A program made the translations under genes and the position numbers. Under the pieces are notes generated by a model. It saw only the letters and a list, made by a program, of their open reading frames with translations. It had not been told where the DNA came from and did no database searches. A stretch of DNA of 25,152 nucleotides, taken from positions 1 to 25,152 of the IMG/VR virus record IMGVR_UViG_3300012231_000046; one strand, 5' to 3'. Source of the stretch: a virus. Its lineage: Duplodnaviria; Caudoviricetes. Of the stretch, positions 24,760 to 25,152 are shown piece by piece (the first letter of the stretch is position 1; each line of letters starts with the position of its first letter).

Positions 24760-25022
24760 TGGCCGTCTTCGAAAAGATGCTAGAAGTTTTCGGGAGAATT
24801 GTATTTATTATGATGATTGGTTACCTCACCGTTGTTCTAGCGTTCCCCTATTTGTATGATAGAATCAAATTTGACGAATGCATTAGATTTGGCGGAGAAA
24901 AAGCACGAGAGTCGTGTCAGGTAGATTCACTCCAGAGAACTGGTGAACTTGAAAAGTCGCTGGAAAGGGCATTGAAAAAAGTTTTCGAATTAGACAACCT
25001 CCTAAGGAAAGAGAAGCAATGA
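24759..25022 (+). CDS. Small membrane protein
   Basis: AAGGAG RBS; N-terminal TM segment. Confidence 0.7.
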   Translation: MAVFEKMLEVFGRIVFIMMIGYLTVVLAFPYLYDRIKFDECIRFGGEKARESCQVDSLQRTGELEKSLERALKKVFELDNLLRKEKQ

Positions 25023-25152
25023 TCCTCTACCATGGCACCAACAGCGATGCCCTTGACCAGATCATGACCAAGGGCATTACCCCTCGCGGCCAGCGCAAAT
25101 CGCTCTGGGAGGCATACCCTAGCGCCAGGGACCGCGTGTACCTGACCGATGC
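25019..25152 (+). CDS. ADP-ribosyltransferase-fold protein (H-type, Tpt1/KptA-like), truncated at the window edge
   Basis: MILYHGTNSDALDQIMTKGITPR...RVYLTD; ATGA overlap with the upstream stop. Confidence 0.65.
   Translation, partial: MILYHGTNSDALDQIMTKGITPRGQRKSLWEAYPSARDRVYLTD

Noticed and set aside
1-25152. Stop-codon reassignment; tRNA or rRNA genes
   Set aside because: Core genes are full length in the standard code with all three stops used; no cloverleaf or rRNA-like sequence seen in the short intergenic gaps

Overview
This window is a gene-dense, almost entirely plus-strand segment of a large T4-like (Tevenvirinae-related) myovirus genome. The host is probably alphaproteobacterial, which is inference only. 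It has three zones. (1) About 1-10.9 kb is a late-expressed block, with TAAATA late-promoter cores upstream of most genes. It encodes putative internal head/virion proteins with T4-type capsid-targeting N-termini (MKxFxQFxxE) and repeated [ILV]-x-E prohead-protease-like sites that delimit modules (ParB-like, HEXXH zincin, P-loop, duplicated domains). (2) About 11-21 kb holds replication and nucleotide genes (gp61 primase, thyX, class II RNR, RNase H), a YSC84/SYLF protein and conserved hypotheticals. Four homing endonuclease genes lie between 8.3 and 16.9 kb. (3) About 21.6-25.2 kb is an early region of small genes separated by repeated terminator+sigma70 promoter cassettes, ending in a truncated ADP-ribosyltransferase-like gene. 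The most notable observations are the protease-delimited 'polyprotein' cargo system, a nested out-of-frame gene with its own RBS, sliding-clamp-binding-like motifs on a metalloprotease module, and an unlisted 28-aa ultra-basic peptide. Family names come from motif recognition, not database searches.
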